A stretch of 64,000 nucleotides of DNA, taken from positions 160,001-224,000 of the forward strand of contig CAVPVX010000001.1 in the NCBI GenBank assembly GCA_963709345.1, in the 5' to 3' direction. The translations under genes were made by a program, and so were the position numbers. Origin of the DNA: an uncultured Actinomycetes bacterium (lineage in GTDB: Bacteria; Actinomycetota; Thermoleophilia; UBA2241). Shown here piece by piece: positions 60,804 to 64,000 of the stretch (position 1 is the stretch's first letter; every line of letters begins with the position of its first letter). The notes beneath the pieces are model-generated. The model ran no database searches, was not told where the DNA came from, and worked only from the letters and a program-made list of their open reading frames with translations.

Positions 60804-62219
60804 TTGCTTCTCAACAGCTACACCTTCCTGCTCGTCTTCCTCCCGGTCGTCGTCCTTCTCTACTGGGCGATGCCGCGCGGCTACCCACGCCTGCTGTTCC
60901 TGATCGCCGCCTCGCTCGTCTTCTACGGGCTCTGGGATTGGCGCTTCATCCCACTGCTGCTTGCGACGACGCTCGTCGACTGGGCGGCAGGTCGGCTTCT
61001 GGCGCAAGACGAGGGCGAGGACGGAGGCGGCAGGAGCGGCCGCCGCCGCAAGCTCATCCTTGCGGCGGCCATCGCCGTCAACCTCGGCTTCCTCGGCTAC
61101 TTCAAGTACCGGGGCTTCTTCGTCGACTCGCTCGACGGCCTCATCCGGCTCCTCGGCGCCGGCGAGCCGCTGCCGGCCCTGCGCGTCCTGCTGCCGATCG
61201 GCATCTCCTTCTACACCTTCGCCGGCATCTCGTACGCCGTCGACGTCTACCGCGGCACGATCAAGCCGGCGGAGAGCGTGGTCCACTACCTCGCCTGGGT
61301 CACGCTGTTCCCTTACATCCTCGCCGGCCCCATCATCCGCTACGGCCACGTCGGCGCCCAGCTTGAACGCGCGCAGCAGCGCTTCCGCTGGGCGCTCATC
61401 GGCACCGGCCTCTTCTTCCTCGTCATGGGCCTCGCCAAGAAGATGCTCGTCGCCGACATGATGGCGCCCTACGTCAACGACCTCTTCGCCCATCACGCCC
61501 AGCTCGGCCTGCTGTCCGGCTGGGGCGCTGCCCTCGGCTTCACGCTGCAGCTCTACTTCGACTTCTCCGGCTACAGCGACATGGCCGTGGGCGTGGCCTT
61601 CATGATCGGGCTCCGCTTCCCCCAGAACTTCGACTCACCCTACAAGGCGGTCAGCGTCAGTGATTTCTGGCGGCGCTGGCACATGACGCTCTCGAGCTGG
61701 CTCCGCGACTACATCTTCATCCCGCTCGGCGGCTCGCGCGGCTCGAAGCTCCTGACCGTCCGGAACCTGCTGATCACCTTCCTGCTCGGCGGCCTCTGGC
61801 ACGGCCCCGCCTGGACCTTCGTGGTCTGGGGTCTCCTCTGGGGCGTCTACCTCTCGGTGCACTCGACCCTGCGCAAGCACGGGCTCACGCCGAGGTGGGT
61901 GTGGCTCAATCGCGGCATCACCTTCCTGTGCGCCGTCGTCGCCTGGGTGTTCTTCCGCGCCTCGTCGCTGCGCGCGGCCGGCGACGTGCTGCAGGCGATG
62001 CTCGGGTTGAACGGGGTGGGCGGCGCGGGCACGCTGCGTCTCGCGCCCGTCCTCGGCGCCTTCATCGCCGGCGGCCTCCTGTGGGTGAACGTCCTGCCCA
62101 ACACCTGGGAGATCACGCCCAGACCCAAGCTGCGCTACGCGCTGCTCCTCGGCATCCTTCTTGCCGCCTCGCTGCTGGCGTTGAGCAAGCCGAGCGCCTT
62201 CCTGTACGTGCAGTTCTGA
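60804..62219 (+). CDS. MBOAT family O-acyltransferase (AlgI/PatA-like)
   Basis: LPIGISFYTF, QLYFDFSGYSDMA, NFDSPY, FWRRWH, GLWHG. Confidence 0.95.
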   Translation: MLLNSYTFLLVFLPVVVLLYWAMPRGYPRLLFLIAASLVFYGLWDWRFIPLLLATTLVDWAAGRLLAQDEGEDGGGRSGRRRKLILAAAIAVNLGFLGYFKYRGFFVDSLDGLIRLLGAGEPLPALRVLLPIGISFYTFAGISYAVDVYRGTIKPAESVVHYLAWVTLFPYILAGPIIRYGHVGAQLERAQQRFRWALIGTGLFFLVMGLAKKMLVADMMAPYVNDLFAHHAQLGLLSGWGAALGFTLQLYFDFSGYSDMAVGVAFMIGLRFPQNFDSPYKAVSVSDFWRRWHMTLSSWLRDYIFIPLGGSRGSKLLTVRNLLITFLLGGLWHGPAWTFVVWGLLWGVYLSVHSTLRKHGLTPRWVWLNRGITFLCAVVAWVFFRASSLRAAGDVLQAMLGLNGVGGAGTLRLAPVLGAFIAGGLLWVNVLPNTWEITPRPKLRYALLLGILLAASLLALSKPSAFLYVQF

Positions 62220-62301
62220 GCGACGGGTGCGGCTCGTGGATGGACGCGCCGACGACGGGACGGGCCGGCATCGCTGCGCGCGAGCCGCTCCCGGGAGGGC
62301 G

Positions 62302-63279
62302 TCAGAGAGAGAGGCTGAGGGCGGTGTCGCGCAGCGCCCAGCGCCGAAGCTCAAGATTCTTCGGCAACTTCACCCAGAAGGCGAAGGCCTGCTCGTCACC
62401 GACGAGACCGGAGACGCCGTTCTGCGTGACCTCGATCCAGCCCTGCCAGCGGCCGGCGAGGTCGAGCGGCCAGGCCGACGACACCTGCAGCTCCTGGCCG
62501 GGCTGAAGCGTCAGCGGCTGGTCCGAGACGAGGTCGTGGTCGGTGCCGCCGGGCCCGCGAATGGCGAGCCGGATGCCCTCCAGGTCGAGAGGCGCGTGTC
62601 CGCTGTTCACGAGCGTGAACCAGGCGTAGATGCGCTGGCCGACCTCGCGGTCGCCGCTGTCGAGCTTGACGGAGCCGTCCAGGGCGACGAGCCCGGGCAG
62701 ACTCGAGGGCGGCTCGGAGGGCGCAACGGTCGCGGCGCCGGCGCCGAGGCGCGTGTCCGCAGGGTCGCCGCCGAGTTCCGCCATGAAGGCCTTGACGTTG
62801 GCGACCCAGTTCGCGGTGCCGTCCGGGCAGTACTTCGGAGCGATCGCGTCGACGGAGTACAGGCCGGAACCGTAGTAGAGGCTCCCGGCCAGACCGGCGG
62901 CGACGCGCTCGATGCCGTGCTCCCACGACGTGAAGTCGCTGGTCGGCCACGTGGGTCCGTAGAACCAGTTGAAGGCGTTGTACGTGCACTGGTCGCCGTT
63001 CTCCGAGTACAGGTACAGGCCGAAGCTCGACTCGGCGCCGGCTATGGCTACCAGGAACGCGGGCGCGACACCATTGGCCTCGCCCGCGGCCACGAAGGTG
63101 GCGCCGCTGCCGGCCATCGGCGAGCCGTGCGCCGTGAGAAAGGCGTCGATCTGCGCGGCGTCGGGGGACGCCGCGGCCGCCGGCGCGAACGCGCCGGCCA
63201 GGGCGGCGGCCAGCAGCGCGACGAGCAGCGCCGCGAAGAAGACGCGGGAGCGGATGCTTGGTGCTGTGGTGACGATCAC
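62302..63279 (-). CDS. Secreted glucosaminidase/lysozyme-like protein with C-terminal Ig-like domain
   Basis: Signal peptide; IDAFL...GSPM, FLVAIAGAESSFG, YNAF, KYCP..NW. Confidence 0.75.
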   Translation of the reverse strand: MIVTTAPSIRSRVFFAALLVALLAAALAGAFAPAAAASPDAAQIDAFLTAHGSPMAGSGATFVAAGEANGVAPAFLVAIAGAESSFGLYLYSENGDQCTYNAFNWFYGPTWPTSDFTSWEHGIERVAAGLAGSLYYGSGLYSVDAIAPKYCPDGTANWVANVKAFMAELGGDPADTRLGAGAATVAPSEPPSSLPGLVALDGSVKLDSGDREVGQRIYAWFTLVNSGHAPLDLEGIRLAIRGPGGTDHDLVSDQPLTLQPGQELQVSSAWPLDLAGRWQGWIEVTQNGVSGLVGDEQAFAFWVKLPKNLELRRWALRDTALSLSL

Positions 63280-63454
63280 CGGCGCGGGCCTTTCTCTGCG
63301 AGTGCGGACTCCGAGTATAGACGAGTCGGGTGCGGCAGCCGACCCGAGCCCCGTTCGAGAGACGCCGGGCGGGCGGGCGCGGTTCGTGGTCCCGACCCCG
63401 TTGGCCCGGCGGCCGACGGACCATGAACGGGTCGCGACCAGATAGGATGACGCC

Positions 63455-64000
63455 ATGACCGCAGCGACCGACGACAGACGCGATTACCACGCCTGCGACG
63501 ACCGGTTCCCGGGCGCGCAGGTCATACGGCTCGCCCGCCGGGCTATCGAACGCGCACGCCTGGACCTCACGGGTCTGCGCGTGCTCACGGAGGCGTCCGT
63601 GGGCTACCGGCGCGTGACTCCCGTCATCGCCGCGCTCGCCGGGGCGGACGCCGTCTTCGCCGTCGGCCGCGACGGCGTGCAGGCGTCGCGCAAGCAGGCG
63701 GAGGAACAGACCGCCTATCTCGCGGCGCTGGCTCGGGTGGACGACCGCATCATGCTGCTCTCCACCCGCCTGCAGGCGCCGCTCGACACCATCGACGTGG
63801 TGACCGACCTGCCCGGCGTGCGCCCCGTCGACGAGTCGATCCTGCGTACCGTCGCCGAGTCCGCCGCCGTCACGCTGATGCGCGGCACGGCGCACTGGAG
63901 CGCTGCGAACGTCGATGTCGCGACCTGCCGGCGACGGGGCATCGCCGTCGCGGGCGTCGACGAAGAGGCGGTCGGCCTGTACCGCTACCTGCCGCTTGAG
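63455..64000 (+). CDS. Hypothetical Rossmann-like protein (3' end outside window)
   Basis: Open frame MTAATDD...LDLTGLRVLTEA...VDVATCRRRGIAVAGVDE runs to the window end. Confidence 0.7.
   Translation, partial: MTAATDDRRDYHACDDRFPGAQVIRLARRAIERARLDLTGLRVLTEASVGYRRVTPVIAALAGADAVFAVGRDGVQASRKQAEEQTAYLAALARVDDRIMLLSTRLQAPLDTIDVVTDLPGVRPVDESILRTVAESAAVTLMRGTAHWSAANVDVATCRRRGIAVAGVDEEAVGLYRYLPLE

Noticed and set aside
63280-63450. c-di-AMP riboswitch upstream of the cell-wall hydrolase
   Set aside because: Conserved ydaO motifs were not found; the region looks like a divergent promoter.

Overview
High-GC window. The gene repertoire and promoter style suggest an actinobacterium, probably Thermoleophilia-like (inference only). 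It has three parts. (i) 1-5.2 kb holds housekeeping-like genes: an MMPL transporter with a long coiled-coil insert, pyruvate kinase and a nitronate-monooxygenase-family gene. (ii) About 5.3-46.1 kb is a patchwork accessory region downstream of a minus-strand tRNA-Ile(GAT), full of gene fragments and frameshifts. It contains an intact form II RuBisCO plus phosphoribulokinase pair (cbbM-prk), mntH-usp, shuffled PocR/PAS/REC sensor kinases, an ABC exporter, an LKR/saccharopine-dehydrogenase-like gene and a dead tyrosine integrase. It also has a series of tRNA-derived att-like junctions: a tRNA-Ile 3' half at ~24.97 kb and two degenerate tRNA-Ala(CGC) copies at 38.43 and 40.94 kb. Three of the four tRNA-related sites (not the 38.43 kb copy) have a GGGTTGCA arm-like motif ~72-79 bp away. 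(iii) About 46.3-64 kb is a mostly intact core region: DUF151 nuclease, chorismate mutase, archease-rtcB, thrB-dedA, DegT, DUF354, LysR-tauE-comA-His phosphatase, SGNH-like plus MBOAT, and a cell-wall hydrolase. The most notable items are the minimal Calvin-cycle pair and the tRNA-anchored, integrase-less cassette array. All family assignments come from motif recognition by eye; no database searches were run.
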